Shown piece after piece: positions 34,982 through 35,537 of a stretch of 35,537 bases of DNA. Under the pieces are notes generated by a model. That model was not told the DNA's origin and did no database searches. It saw nothing but the letters and a program-made list of their open reading frames with translations. The translations under genes and the position numbers were made by a program. The stretch's first letter is position 1; each line of letters begins with the position of its first letter. The DNA comes from an uncultured Bacillota bacterium (GTDB lineage: Bacteria > Bacillota_I > Bacilli_A > RF39 > UBA660): NCBI GenBank assembly GCA_946540075.1, contig CAMNHZ010000002.1:1-35537 (forward strand), given 5' to 3'.

Positions 34982-35010
34982 TTGAAAATGATAGATATAT
35001 GTGATATTAT
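34982..35010 (+). promoter_or_regulatory. Sigma-A promoter of the pilin gene
   Basis: TTGAAA (34982-34987), 17 nt, TGaTATTAT (hexamer 35005-35010). Confidence 0.5.
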
Positions 35011-35034
35011 TATGATAGAAAGTAGGATAGAAGA

Positions 35035-35537
35035 ATGAAAAAAATAGTAAGCAAAAATAAAGGCTTTACACTAATAGAATTATTGGCTGTATTAACAATA
35101 CTTGCAGTAATAGCGGTGATTACAATTCCTTTATTTACAAATGTAATCGATAATGCAAGACAGAATTCAGCTAAAAATAATATATATGGATATGTAAAAG
35201 CAGTAGCTTTATCACTTGAATCAAATACAGCTGATGATGATAGTGATGGAGTATATACAATAAATGGTAAAAATATTGTAAAGGATGCAACATCAATTTT
35301 GATAAAATATAAAGGTGATGATGTTGCTGGAGAACTTACAATAGTTGATGAAGAAGTAGAATTTGGTATATTTAAAACTAAAGGTTATGATTTAATATAT
35401 CGTGATGATGCTGCTTACGTGTTAGGTAAATCTAAATCTACAACTGCATATGCAGATGGTACAGCCGTATATTTTAATCCGGATACTGCAACTAAGTGTA
35501 CTCAGTCAGAATATAACTCTAATAATGGAAGTGCGAC
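35035..35537 (+). CDS. Type IV pilin / pseudopilin precursor (prepilin-type N-terminal cleavage/methylation signal), 3'-truncated by the window edge
   Basis: Not in the ORF track (no stop in the window). My translation: MKKIVSKNKGFTLIELLAVLTILAVIAVITIPLFTNVIDNARQNSAKNNIYGYVKAVALS...TKCTQSEYNSNNGSA, open to the last base. It has the canonical KG/FTLIE class III signal with Glu at +5. Confidence 0.85.
   Translation, partial: MKKIVSKNKGFTLIELLAVLTILAVIAVITIPLFTNVIDNARQNSAKNNIYGYVKAVALSLESNTADDDSDGVYTINGKNIVKDATSILIKYKGDDVAGELTIVDEEVEFGIFKTKGYDLIYRDDAAYVLGKSKSTTAYADGTAVYFNPDTATKCTQSEYNSNNGSA

Noticed and set aside
32861-35537. Prophage remnant or integrative element next to polC
   Set aside because: The XRE pair suggested a CI/Cro switch. 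However, there is no integrase, recombinase, or phage structural or replication gene. I could find no flanking direct repeats and no obvious compositional shift.

Overview
Strongly AT-rich chromosomal segment of low-GC Bacillota type, probably from a spore-forming Clostridia/Erysipelotrichia-like organism (taxon is inference only). The backbone is housekeeping and lies almost entirely on the + strand: polA, T-box-controlled serS, an apparent six-gene operon (dusB, RDD protein, lysS, histidine phosphatase, ackA, nrnA-like), UPF0316 plus a PBP5-type carboxypeptidase, T-box-controlled valS, and polC. Accessory-looking modules sit between these. (1) 195-7000 is a cell-envelope cluster: a metallophosphoesterase, two tandem VanY/M15B carboxypeptidase paralogues, and an ATPase / fused double-FtsX permease / second ATPase ABC system. 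(2) 11283-12487 holds a degenerate-Nudix NrtR-like regulator overlapping a small membrane protein. (3) 20268-24087 is a surface locus: a thioester-domain/SpaA-fold adhesin, an overlapping minimal sortase, and a protein with a pilin-like anchor, an Ig-like domain and a glycine-rich (ALK/LTK-type Gly_rich) domain of unknown function. (4) 27028-28113 is an insulated orphan gene. (5) 32861-35537 holds a divergent XRE pair, a Tyr/Trp-rich repeat membrane protein, and a canonical type IV prepilin gene that the ORF track misses because it runs off the window. The best candidates for something undescribed are module 3 and the membrane-protein/pilin pair at 33567-35537. Neither can be given a function from sequence alone. 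No rRNA, tRNA, CRISPR array, transposase or integrase was seen. All family names come from motif recall; no searches were run.
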